Shown piece by piece: positions 49,218-60,966 of a stretch of DNA of 64,000 bases. This stretch comes from Eutreptiella sp. 'Long Island Sound 2002' (taxonomy: Eukaryota; Protista; Euglenida). Where the stretch lies: positions 170,500,001 through 170,564,000 of the forward strand of contig OZ038378.1 of the NCBI GenBank assembly GCA_964036045.1, read 5' to 3'. Made by a program: the position numbers and the translations under genes. Position 1 is the first letter of the stretch; the number at the start of each line of letters is the position of its first letter. The notes below the pieces were generated by a model, which made no database searches, was not told the origin of the DNA, and was given only the letters and a program-made list of their open reading frames with translations.

Positions 49218-49787
49218 GATCCAGTCCGGGGGCTTGGGCCGTGCTCCACTCCGCCCCGGATGCTCCAATCCGGGGCGTCTTTTTGTCGTATTCTCTCCGT
49301 TGCCTCGGACGCTCCAGTCCGTGGCACCGGGTTCACCCCCGGACGATCCAGTCCGGGGGCTAGTGCCGTGCTTCATTCCGCCCCGGATGCTCCAATCCGG
49401 GGCGTCTTTTTATCGTATTCTCTCCGTTGCCTCGGATGCTCCAGTCCGTGGCACCTGGTTCACCCCGGGACGATCCAGTCCGGGGGCTAGTGCCGTGCTT
49501 CATTCCGCCCCGGATGCTCCAATCCGGGGCGTCTTTTTATCGTATTCTCTCAGTTGCCTCGGATGCTCCAGTCCGTGGCACCGGGTTCTCCCCCGGACGA
49601 TCCAGTCCGGGGGCTTGGGCCGTGCTCCACTCCGCCCCGGATGCTCCAATCCGGGGCGTCTTTTTGTCGTATTCTCTCCGTTGCCTCGGACGCTCCAGTC
49701 CGTGGCACCGGGTTCACCCCCGGACGATCCAGTCCGGGGGCTCGGGCCGAGCTCCACTCCGCCCCGGATGCTCCAATCCGGGGCGTC
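49218..49787. repeat. 127-bp tandem repeat, ~4.5 copies, three hairpins per unit
   Basis: gatccagtccggggg starts at 49218, 49345, 49472, 49599 and 49726, an exact period of 127. Confidence 0.95.
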
Positions 49788-52662
49788 ATGTATCTTACTC
49801 TCTTTGCTGTCTTTGGCGTTTGCGTGTGTGGTGCATTGGTGCTTTTTTTTTTTCGCGCGCCCATCGTCGTTGCTCCTCCCCCGCTCCCCCCGCTCCGCTT
49901 TGCTTTCCCTCCCGCCCTTTCCTCTCCCTCTCTGCCCCCGTCTCCCTCGGTCCCGTTTCTCTCTTCCCCTGCTCCCTCCCGCTCCCTTTGTGGTGGCTTT
50001 GCTGGGGCACGCACTCATGCACCTAGTTTCTACGCGCGCATGTTGCTATGTTTTGGGGCGGGCACACAGTGGCGAGAGGCCAATAGGCACCGCCAAAGGC
50101 AAACAACCTAATACTGAGGCCTTGTGGACAGCTCTGAACCTTGATCCTGAGGGGTTACCTCGAGTACTGTGACGCGAGCAGGCTACGCCAGCTCATCTTG
50201 GTCTGAGCCAAAAAAAAAACTTATACCGAGGCCTTGTGCCAAACCCCCCCATACATTGGAGACATAAATACACGCAGGCATACATGTATACATATCTCTC
50301 GGGGGCTGTCCATAATGTGCCAACTCGGTGGGTGTTTCGGTCCGATGCGCCAAAATATTGTTCCCTCGGCCGGGGGGGGGGGGGGACTATGTGTATACTT
50401 TTTGAAATCTGTGAGAAAAGGCCATTCCAGAAATGTATGGGTTGGAGGGGTGGGGGGTAGGTGGTCACATTTTTGAGCACAGAGCTGGAAATTGGACAAC
50501 ACACTGGACGGAGCACTACACAGGGGACGATTCATTATTCCAAAGCCGAATCGTCGCCCTTGTTGTCCCTCTGCACAAGGGCTGGGACCCCGTAGGGGCA
50601 TGCATCGCCCTGCTTGTGAATGGGAATATGTTTCTTCACTTTCCCTCAGTCCTGCAGCCTATGTGCCTTCACTTTCAAGGGTTTTCCGAACATAACCCAC
50701 ATGCCCCCCCCTCCGGAACCCTCAGTCGGCAGAAATCGGCACCAATATTTGCTTTTGTACCACTTCTTGTCAATGTGTGGGAACTGTGGGAACGGAGAGG
50801 GTGCGCATACCCCAGCGCAACATGCCGGAATTTTTTTTTCCCGCGGTTCGGGGCTGCTCACGGTCATGCGTAAGAACCAACCCGTGGTTCCGCGGTCGAA
50901 TTTCGGGGAAAAGGGGAGCATCCACACTGCGCGTGCACCGCGTCAGGTATTTGAACAACTTCCCTAGGATATGGTCTACTGAGAGAGGAGTTGTAAATGG
51001 TACCTGGTGGGCTCTTGAGGCATTACCACTCCCCCTGATTGGCTCTGGATGATTGCTGTTATTTCCTGGTGGGCCAAACCCAGTACCCGCACCGCGCGCG
51101 CACCGCGTGTGATACTCCCCCAAAGCGTGCGCAGGAACCAACCCCTGGTTCCGCGGTCGATCATTGCCGGTTCCTGGCCACGGGTGGGGGAGGTTATGTG
51201 ATTGGCTCCACAAGCGTTTTCCCTGCAGGTAATCAGTTCATGTGAAAATAAACATGGGACTGAGTGTCAGCATCTTGCAGTCCACCGACATGCTGACCTT
51301 GGGTGTGGCCACCGGACTTTTGCCAACAAAAAAAAAATCTGCCCCCCCCCAAGCCCTGCTGGAACGCTAAGGCACCAGGTTGGGAAGGGAGGGGGTCCTG
51401 GTCACCGGAGTCACTGTGGAGAAATCACTAAAACACAACACATACAACGATCCTTCCCACCAAGGTGCTCCATTGATAGGTCAGGCTGTCGTGCTGCAAA
51501 TAGGGGCTTGCTCAGGTAGAACCAACCTCTGTAACTTCCGTCAACTCTGACCCCTTGCGATGACAAACAGCACACCTGCAGGCAGATTTGGGGCGGAGCT
51601 GAGGAAAGGTCACAAGAACAATACAGATGACTGATGTGGGATTCTTATACCGTTGGGACACGGCTGGGGATCCTGTCAATGCTGTGGTCAAGTGGTTGTG
51701 GCGGCTGCGCCCCTTATGTGGACCTGCCTCATTGTGCGCAACCCTACTTTCTGTATCGGGTGAGCTTCCGTACCCCCCCACCCCCACCCCCTGGAGCAAT
51801 TGTCGTCCAACGCGTTTACACCCAAAATGCTCTCATTGCAATGGTGAGTTCAACTATTTCATTACCCCACCACCACTTTGGCCGGTGGGGGTCATGGGGA
51901 CATGTTGATTTCCCCCCATTCTTCCAGCATCTTTGGGCCACAACGGTCACAGGGAGAATTTTACGGTGCCGAAGGTGCTGGAGCCTGTGGTTCTGGGAAC
52001 GAAATGTCACGACAAATTGTCTCAGCTCATCAGACTCAGCTAATCCTCACCAGGCGTCAGATGCGCTACCACAGTCATTTGTGGGATCATTGCCCCCCCC
52101 CCCCCCCTTTGTATAAGCTACGCCCTTGTCCAAGCTACAGCGGGTGTAGGGACCGTATTAATTTGGCACCTAATTTGAGGGGGGGGGGGTACGCCGACAG
52201 TGTCAGATTCGGAGTGCATGCATGCCACAGTGTGGCGTCCATGCATGAGACACTGCTCAGGTTGCTGTGTGTTTGCCCGCACGCAGCAGAGCGCGCGTGG
52301 TTGGGTGTTCTGTATTATCTGCAGGCGAGGGGGGGGCTCATGTGTGGTAGTTCATTGTCCTGGTGTCAGCCCCGCCTCATGGTATCATGCAAAATGCCTT
52401 ATTGAAGTTGCGTGTCGACGGCTTTGCATTCAAAAGTTCAGAGATGATGTTTGTATGGGCTCCTCTTGGTGGGTCACCCTCAACAACTTCAAGGATTGGC
52501 TCCTCTCGTTGAACTGTCTGATCCACGAGGTGGAGACCGATAGTATGACATTGCGCAACGCAGTCCACATCACCCTTCCTGTTTTGGATGCCTTGCTTCT
52601 GTGTGCAGGGCTCACGTAAGACAGACACACATACGGGACCACATAAGACATGGGTTTGGTGA

Positions 52663-52870
52663 CAAATTTGCCAGTCACGTAGGGTCATGGACATGTTTCT
52701 TGTGAGTGTTTGCCCACTTGAACCCACATAGCCCTGATTTTGGGGATATTTGTGCATTCTATTATATTCTATAGAATGCACAAATATCCCCAAAATCAGG
52801 GCTATGTGGGTTCAAGTGGGCAAACACTCACAAGAAACATGTCCATGACCCTACGTGACTGGCAAATTTG
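52663..52870. repeat. Perfect inverted repeat, 100-bp arms with an 8-nt loop, made of mini-element A-related sequence
   Basis: 52663-52762 is the exact reverse complement of 52771-52870 (loop tatattct). The arm is homologous to ~10648-10745 inside A1. Confidence 0.95.
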
Positions 52871-55800
52871 CCGCAGAAGGGGAGGGGGGGGGTGAACCAG
52901 GACACCCCAACATGTATTTGTCAAATGGGCCCCACGATGCACTGATTATGAAAGGTGTGGGGTCTAGAGAATTTCGCGGCCCGATGCCGCCAAGGCAACA
53001 CCGGTGCTGTGGGGCTCACGCAATCCGCCATTCCATATCTGAGGGTCCGTGACCGTTGTTTTTCTGACCTTGGCCGTGCTTGCGCAAGGGGGAGGGGGGG
53101 TACGGGACCACATAAGACATGGGTTTGGTGACAAATTTGCCATTTTCATTACAGTGGCAGCCCATTGAGCACGCGCATGATTTTCATAAAGTTGCATTAC
53201 CTCCTGTGACTCCCCCCCTTTTTTCTCTTTTTTCCCCCACAGGTGTGGAATGCCACTCCCCAGCGCGCTGTACCCCTGCTTGTGGTCCTGCTCCCTCCTT
53301 GGTCCCCCCCTGTGCGTCGCCGACCACTCTCCCTAAACTAGAATAGGGACAGCAGTGTTCTCTGCCCCTATGCGAATAGCGACCAGCTGCGCCTGAATGT
53401 CATCCCCCTCTCCTTTCCTGTCGGTGATAGTGTATGAAATGCAACCCGCTGATTACCTGGTCCTGGTCACCCTGGTCACCCTTCAATCTTCACACCGCTG
53501 TCCTTTTCAGCCTACAGTCATTGTGCCTCATGCACACTGGGAAGCCTACGGGCGTGGCAGCCTGCCACTGCATTACCTGGTTTCAGACTCAGCTAATCCT
53601 CAGTACGTGTCAGATCCGCTACCACAGCCAATGTGGGATCATCGTAGCACTGGACAGCTCTGAACCTTGATTCCTAGAGGTCAGGTTAGGACCTCTCGAG
53701 TACTGTGAAGTGAGCAGGCTACGCCAGCTCATCTTGGTCAGCACAAAAAAAAATTGTTGCATTACTTGCTTTCATTTGTCACCATGACAAGCTCTGCACA
53801 CCAACGTTTTTTATGCTGTGTTATTTCGTCTTCTGCCGCAATTTCTGTGCCCCACAGTGTGTGTGTACGGCGGTACTACGGTCCCCCGGGGGGTGGTGGG
53901 GGACTGTGACTCAGTGACCGTCGCCCAGAGGGTGGCGGGGGACCGTCTTCCCTGGGGTGGGGAAGGACAAGGGGGGGGGGGGTACGTTTGTCAACGCCTC
54001 ATCACATGAGTGGGACAATATGGGGCTGCGGTTGGTGGTAGGGCAAGTTGGCGCACGATCATGGAACACACGGCTCTGCATTTTGACAATTCATACAACA
54101 CAGTGGTGACCACATTTCAATAGCAGGGCTTGAGGGGCCCCTGAGGCCCTTTAAATATGTGCATGGGAAGGCACAATTTTGGTTTATGAAGAATCATTTT
54201 TCCATGCGTATTTCATCGGACTGCTTTTCTGTAATACTGTCGTCAATGCATTAATGAATTTCATCGTCCAAACTCACTGCTTGGAACCCTTGTCTAGCAT
54301 TCCAACTTTCTCTTCCTCGAAGTTAGAAAACCTCCCATGAATGTAGGGGTGAAAAGATCCAAAATGAAATGTGTGCCCAACACCTCCGAATAGTGGATAT
54401 CACATCTTGCAAAATTCCCTCGTGCACATACGGCCGTCTAAGCCAAAAGAAAGGCAAAAGTGCACAGTGAGGTCCCGTAGCGGCAAAAACCAAGTCAAGG
54501 CTGTGAGTGCCCTATTTTGCATTTGGAAGGTGAACCAATAAGGGTGCACAAGATGCAAATATTGATATTTGCGATTGAGAGTCCTTGATTTGGGAGGTAT
54601 TGGCAGGGACCTTGAATGCAAAACCCATACAACAAATGGACACAGTGGAATTTGCAATTGAGAGCACTTCATTTTCAAGCTTTAGGCAAGGCCCTCACAT
54701 GCAAAACACCTAAAATGAATGGACACAATGGAACGCCGGAGGAGGCGCCATGGAAGCAAAACCTCTTGAGATGTGTGGCTCCTTGGGGAACTGGAGACAG
54801 GTGGTAGAGAACAGCAAGAGTGAGGCAAAAAGTGCACAGCGAGATCCCTTAGTGAGGACAAATGAGGTCAACGTTGTGGGTGCCGTAACATGCTTACAAA
54901 ACGTAGAGCAATAAGGGTGCTGAGAAATCCGGTAGCAGGCACAACCAAAAGCGCGGCAACTGGTTCTGTAAAGTGCATGCAAAAGCTATGGCACTGGGGT
55001 ACCTCCAAAATGCATTGGAGAGAGCACTAGCAAAGGGGGAACAACGCCACTGAGGGTCACACAACCTTGACAACAACAATTACCCCTTACTGTTGGTGGT
55101 TGAGCTGTTCGGTGATGCCTTCGGCCCTTGCTCTGCCCCTTATTCTCCCACTGCACTGTCTTGACCTCCATGCACCACCATGGCACCCATGGCTCCGACC
55201 AATGCACCCAAACTGTAGTTCCGAAGTAAGGGAAGTTCTGTGTGTAGCTCTTTATTCACCACAGCTGTACATACTCACCTACTGACAGCCCTCTTTGTAT
55301 CTTGCAAAACTCTTGTGCAAGGAGCCACCAAAAATTGCCATGGAGTTTTGCACTGTCCCTCTTCAGCAGTAGGGATAGGCAGATAACTGATGAATGGATG
55401 CAGTGCATTATGAATTTTGCTTATTTGCATCATGTGCATGGCACCATCAGCATCTATGCATGTCAGCGTGTGTCCCAAAGCCTTGGGCGAACTGGCCATG
55501 ATTTCTACATAGTATGCGGTAAGTGGTTGGTCGGCAGGGGCGTCACTTGGCAACAGTCCCCCCAGGGTGGGGGGGAACCGTCGTCCCTGCCGGGGGGATG
55601 GACATGGGGGGGGAAGGGATGATACGATGGTGGACTCCACGTTTCCGTATTGCAGAGATGTGGTTCTCTTCGGCATGATATTGTCATGGGGACTTGAGGT
55701 GCAGGCGTTTGATCTCACACCAGAGCAGTCGCCCGCTTCATTCACACGGGCAAAAAAGCTCGCAACAGCAATGGGGGTCAGACACGGCCTCACGCACATG

Positions 55801-56274
55801 GGCAAGCACTTCAACCAAAACCAGACGGAGCCGGTAGAGGCCCAATGACACCCCGGGTAATCGCCGTCTCTTCCCAGCAGTGTCTTACCCGGGGCCCAAT
55901 GACATAATGTGGAGGAGACGGCAATTTCGCCATCTCTTACCCAGCGGGCCAAATGACACCCCGAGTAAAAGATCACAGTTTTGTACCCAAGAATGCCATT
56001 CCCAAACCCATTTCAAAACCTGACGCCAAGGCCCCTCCAAAGCCTGCCCCGCAAGGCAAGCATGTAAAATTTCAGATGATGCACAAACATGGTCCCCACG
56101 CTTAGACAAAGCTATATTTGCGCACGACGCACAGTACCAAAGCTGCCCATACCTCACCAAACCAGAGTTGTCACAACAGGGCACCGAAACACAATGTGCA
56201 GGCCAAATTCAGCATATCCTTGATGCTCTCACTGCGAATCAGGGGCATGAGGAGCTGTGTAATGGAAGCTCTTA

Positions 56275-56975
56275 CCCTCCTCCCCCCGTGTCGTTCCCAC
56301 CCCTTGTTGTTCCCCAAGGGGGGGGTGGGGGACCGTCACTTGGTCAACCCAAAATTTTTTATTGCAGCTCGTTGTGTTGTTGTGTGGGTGGTTGTGTTGT
56401 GGGGCACTACCACTTGCATCCCTTGCACTCATGGCAGGACATTTTGCTCACTTTCGCTGAAATGGAACTTGACAACACAACCATGTTTCCCCCTGGGACA
56501 AGTGTGATGTTCATCCGAAGAGTGCCCGTGGTGTGTGGGGCATGGGACACAGTTTTGGGAACAAGTTGTATTTTACAAGGGACATTCCCGAAGGGAAATG
56601 GGTTCCCAAAAATCTGCTTGCGCCTGCCAAGCCACCGATCAAGAAGGCAAAACCACCACCCAAGAGTGCTGCCCAAAGCATTCCAGTGGAAAGTGGTGAG
56701 CATGTGCAAGAGTTCAAGGTGAAGTGGAGCAGGACCAAGAAATTTTACACCGAGCCGGTCAAGGAGTAGGTCTCCGTACATTGGCAGCCCTTTGAACGCA
56801 TCCTGTGCTGAGTGCTTTCGTTTTATGCTGCAATTTCTGTGCCTGCAAACGTGCGTGTACGGTTGGGGTGTGGTCCCCCAGGGGGGGGTGGGGGACCGTC
56901 ACTTGGTGATCATCCCCCAGGGGGTGGTGGGGGACCGTCTTCCCTGGGGTGGGGAACGACACGGGGGGGCGAGGG
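56275..56975 (+). mobile_element. Mini-element subfamily B (~700 bp)
   Basis: TA|C-rich-gtgtcgttccc ... gggaacgacac-G-rich|TA. Direct repeat gggggggtgggggaccgtcacttggt at ~56319 and ~56882. Frameshifted ORF from 56483 (MFPPGTSVMFIR) to 56769 (GEHVQEFKVKWSRTKKFYTEPVKE). Confidence 0.75.
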
Positions 56976-57332
56976 TACCAACATTGACCATCGTTTTCCT
57001 GATTTTCAGCGTGCTTGCGCAAATGGGGGGGGGGGGGGTTACCCCCCCCCCATGGCCTTGTGTGATATTCACGTTGCTGGTTGTGGTGAGCACCTCCCAG
57101 CCTGGGGTCTTCGTGATGACCGCATACCGGGCACTGATCAGGCCATCAGGGGAGGACGCCATGGGCAGAAGTTGCATTCTGGATTCCCACCCAGGAAGGT
57201 GGATGCCCAGGGCAGTGCAGATGCCCGCAGTAGTACGGATGCCTGCTTGTCATAACAGAAGGTTCAAAGGCGAGAGGCCAATAGGTGCTGCCACAGGCCA
57301 ACAGAGCCAACCACCAAGGCCTTGTGCCAACA

Positions 57333-57901
57333 CCCCCCCCCCCCTGCGCAAGCACCGCCTTGTCTAAGCACCAGGACCCGGTCTGACCGTTACTTTTCCC
57401 GAATTTTCTGACCACAGCTTTTGCGGTCAGAAAGTAGGCAAAGCGTGATTGTGTGCCAATTGTAGAGGGAAAGAGGGGCTGTTTCATGCTTGTGATGAGT
57501 CCTCCTGCTCATAACAACATTGTGCTTGTTACTGCACCCCACTGTTCTTTGTTTTGGTGTGATTTTCAGCCATGACTAATGTCGTTACCCCTGGCTTGGC
57601 TGTCACGTACATCCGGTCCACCGGTGAGCATGCGCCTGCCACTGTCATCGGTCGTTCTACTCGTGGGGAAGATTCCACAACTGAGGAATTACAAGCCCAG
57701 AGATGCCCCCATACCCCACAGCCCCACCAAAACCGCCCTGTTGCGACTTGTGCTTAGGGTGAGGTATGGGCAGGTGTTCGGGACATGCTTTCTTTTGGTA
57801 CCACGCGTTGCGCGGTTGCACCACCTTGTCTGAGCACCAGGACCCGGTCTGACCGTCACTGCCCTGACCCGGCTGGTGCTTGCACAAGGGGGGGGGGGGG
57901 G
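57333..57901 (+). mobile_element. Mini-element subfamily C (569 bp)
   Basis: C12-tgcgcaagcacc ... ggtgcttgcacaa-G14|TA. Direct repeat ccttgtct.agcaccaggacccggtctgaccgt at ~57358 and ~57823. ORF at 57572 (MTNVVTPGLAVTYIRSTGEHAPATVIGRSTRG) follows ttttcag|ccATG. Confidence 0.75.
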
Positions 57902-58142
57902 TACTTTCTAGTAGTTTTTTGGACCTGGGTCCACTTGCAGCACTCGTCCGGAGCCACTACTGCTGATTTTCTTGCTCAAACTTTGTGGGATTGTTTTTTT
58001 TTTCCACAAACCATGGTATCATCAACCAAAATTTGGAGGGCATCCGAAGCACCATGACAGAGTCCTCATGCTGTGCCATTTCACGCATGCTGCTGCTGCT
58101 GTTCTTGCTTGCTAAAAGGGGTAGCCCCAACCTGCATCCTAG

Positions 58143-58745
58143 CCCCCCCCCCCCCCCCCCCGTGTCCACCGAATGCCGTGTCCAACGAACACTTCCGTTC
58201 GGACCGTATTTTTTAGGACATAATTGATGACGTACTTAGTTTTGTACCGGGCTTTAGAATCAAGATTTCAGGCTAAAGAACTGGGGAAATGAGGGGTTGT
58301 AATGAGTAATTGTGGGTAAATTTGTAAAGCAGGATGTGAGGGAATTGTGTCCCTCAACTACAGGACCTCCATTGCCCACCATGACTGATTCTCTGCTTGC
58401 ACCTGGCTCGGAGGTGCTGTACAAGCGGTGTCCGTCCCAAAGGTCCCTAAGCCAGATCAGGCTGCCATTTCTGCCTGTACCAAGAACAAGGAGGGCCCCA
58501 AGCCCGGGGAGCATGTTCAGCGTTTCCGCATGGAGCGGGACCGCAACAAGGGCTTCTACTCTGAAAGCGCCAATCGGAGGCCTCCATCGCTTTGTACTTT
58601 GAATGGGCTGGGTGTCTTGTGCCTAGGGATGTGTTACCGCCGTTTTGCAATATTGTCGTGCGCACCGAACAGCGTGTCCAACGAACACACCCGTTCGTAT
58701 TTTTTGAGGACAAAATTGTTCGTTGGACACGGGGGGGGGGGGGGG
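58143..58745 (+). mobile_element. Mini-element subfamily D (603 bp)
   Basis: C19-gtgtccaccgaa ... ttcgttggacac-G15. Direct repeat gtgtccaacgaacac...ccgttcg at ~58178 and ~58674. Frameshifted ORF from 58381 (MTDSLLAPGSEVLYKR ... GEHVQRFRMERDRNKGFYSE). Confidence 0.75.
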
Positions 58746-58809
58746 AACGGTTTATAAAACCTTATTGGTTCCAGCAGCTGACTCTCACCCGTATCCTAAC
58801 TTTGGTTAT

Positions 58810-59360
58810 CTCCAATCCACCTCCAGTATCACCCCGAGTCCACATGCTACGGCCAACCTCAGTCCACCTGCAGTCCACTGCAGTTAGTGGACGAGCTATT
58901 TTTCTTTTTTTTTTCTGCAGTGCAGTGACCTCCAATGACCGCCTCTCACCTTGTCCACCTCCAGTCCACCTGCAGTTGAACTGGAGTCCACCTCCAGTGA
59001 CACGTCCTGTCCACCGCAAATTCACCTCTAGTCACACCTCCAGTCCACCTTGCATTCTTGTCAAGTGCACTTGTAGTCCCCTCCTGGCCACGTCTCGTCC
59101 ACCTCCTGTGCACCTCCACAGTCCACCTCCAGTCCACCTCCGCTGCACCTCTAATGCGCCCCCAGTCCACCCAAGGTCAACTCCAGTCAGCCTCCAGTCC
59201 ACCCGCAGTCCACTTCCAGTCCATTGTCCACCGCCTAACCACCTGTCCACCCCCCGTCCACTCCTTTTCGCCTCCAGTCACACCTCCTGCCCGCTGCAAA
59301 TCCACCTCCATTCACACCTCCAGTCCACCCGCAGTCCTCCTTCGGTTCACCTCGAGTCCA
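58810..59360. repeat. C-rich cryptic minisatellite (CTCCAGTCCAC-like unit)
   Basis: More than a dozen degenerate copies of cacctccagtccacc, strongly strand-asymmetric. Confidence 0.75.
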
Positions 59361-59447
59361 CACCCAGCCTCTTAGGAACTGTGTTTTCTAATGGTACTTC
59401 ATGAGCCCGGAGTATGTGCCGATCATAAATCTCTGCGGATTCACAGA

Positions 59448-59909
59448 ATGAGCATGTCCTCCATGTCCTCGATTCCCACACTGTGTCTGCCAAGCCACGA
59501 GGGCGTTCCGAGTGGTGAATGCAGACCCCGCGGCCCCATCGGGCCCCAGTGCACCCAGAGCAAGTCCTCTGGCGATTCGTATGTAGACCGATTCGGCACC
59601 ATCGACGAGTGGAAAGCCCTGTACGAGAACGATGACTGGAGTCCACGAGAACTGACCCCCACCGAAATGCAGCGCCACCATTTCAACGCCATGTTCGCGA
59701 CGCTCCACCGCATCCGCAGCCACTTGCCGCACGGGGAGAACATGGTCGTACTCGCAGACACCGTCCGCAGGGCCCTTCAGTGGTTTGCATCGCTCTGGAC
59801 CAAAGCCTACAGGCGGGTTAAGGTCATCCGCTATGCCAAGAGGCGGCTGGAACAGTTCTACCGGGAAAGCAAGGCCAGGCGAACCGTGCAATTAGATGCT
59901 ATGCTGCAG
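59448..59909 (+). CDS. Uncharacterised gene, probable first coding exon
   Basis: CAG immediately before the ATG at 59448. Helical, protein-like sequence (RFGTIDEWKALYENDDW...KRRLEQFYRE) with GC3 bias. The phase-0 donor at 59910 joins 61244. Confidence 0.6.
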
Positions 59910-60966
59910 GTCAAGCCGGGAATAGGGCAGGGTGCTGCTTTACCTTGGGGGGCGCCTCAAACAACCACTCAACTGCAGTTGGTTACCCCTTAGCTGCTGT
60001 CGGTCATTGTCAAACCGCCTTCGGTTACCCTCAAACAGACATTGGCCACCACCCAACAGCCGTCAATTACTGCCCAAATATGATTGATTGTCTGGTCATC
60101 CTCCTTCTGTTTTCTGTTTTAAAACCTCGGTGCGTGGAACGGGGACGTCCATTTGCCTAATGTTGTTGAAGGGGGCAAGGGCACCCCTTCCTTCGTCTTT
60201 CTGCTCTTCCTCTTCTTTGGAGTACCGAACATTCAAACAAGAGGACGAAAGAAGCAGTAATGTCAGCTATTAGCCTCCGAACAAACCGGCTTCAGAGGCT
60301 CCGGTTTGATGCCTCTGCTAACCAAGGTCGGCCTTCTGGGGATCTGTCGATGCCAAGTACATATTTTTCAGGCGTGTGGATACACACATGCATGTCTGTA
60401 CATCAACACTGGCTGCATGTCTTTCAGTCACGTGTGCATACATATCTGTTCTGGAAGCCAAAATGGGGAATCTTTGCACAGCGCACTGCTTTTGGACTGT
60501 ATTCCACCGGAAAAGACCCCAGACCAAAATCCTCAAAACAAGGCCACCCCACAAGCCCTGCTCTGTGCAGATGCCCCCTTACCATAAGACAACATGCCAA
60601 ACAGAAGACAGTTGCATCAACCGGGCTCGGGGCTTGAACCAAGGACAACATGTTGGGGCCCAGCTCTGGATGGATTCCGCAGGCGAATCATTTGAAGCGT
60701 TACCAAGATACCCCCAAGTCGAGGTTGGGGGATGGCGTTGGGGGTTATTTGCAGCCGTGGTTTGCACCAACCTGTTCAGTTGCCCACATTGCCCCACCCA
60801 TGACGCAGATCGGAAGGTAGAGGTAGGGGTAGAACACTGCACAATCCCCAGGCACCATCGAACCATTGTTCGTCCCTTCTAGCTCGCGGGCTGACGGTGA
60901 GACACCGCAGTGCCCAGGACGGATTTGCACCCTCACCTATGCCCCGAGTAGGGTTTCATCTCGGAA

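Noticed and set aside
49218-49787. CRISPR array
   Set aside because: The spacers repeat with the 127-bp unit instead of being unique, and there are no cas genes.
49234-50172. 312-aa ORF and overlapping ORFs across the 127-bp repeat
   Set aside because: The period is not a multiple of 3, and the open frames are a by-product of GC-rich repeats.
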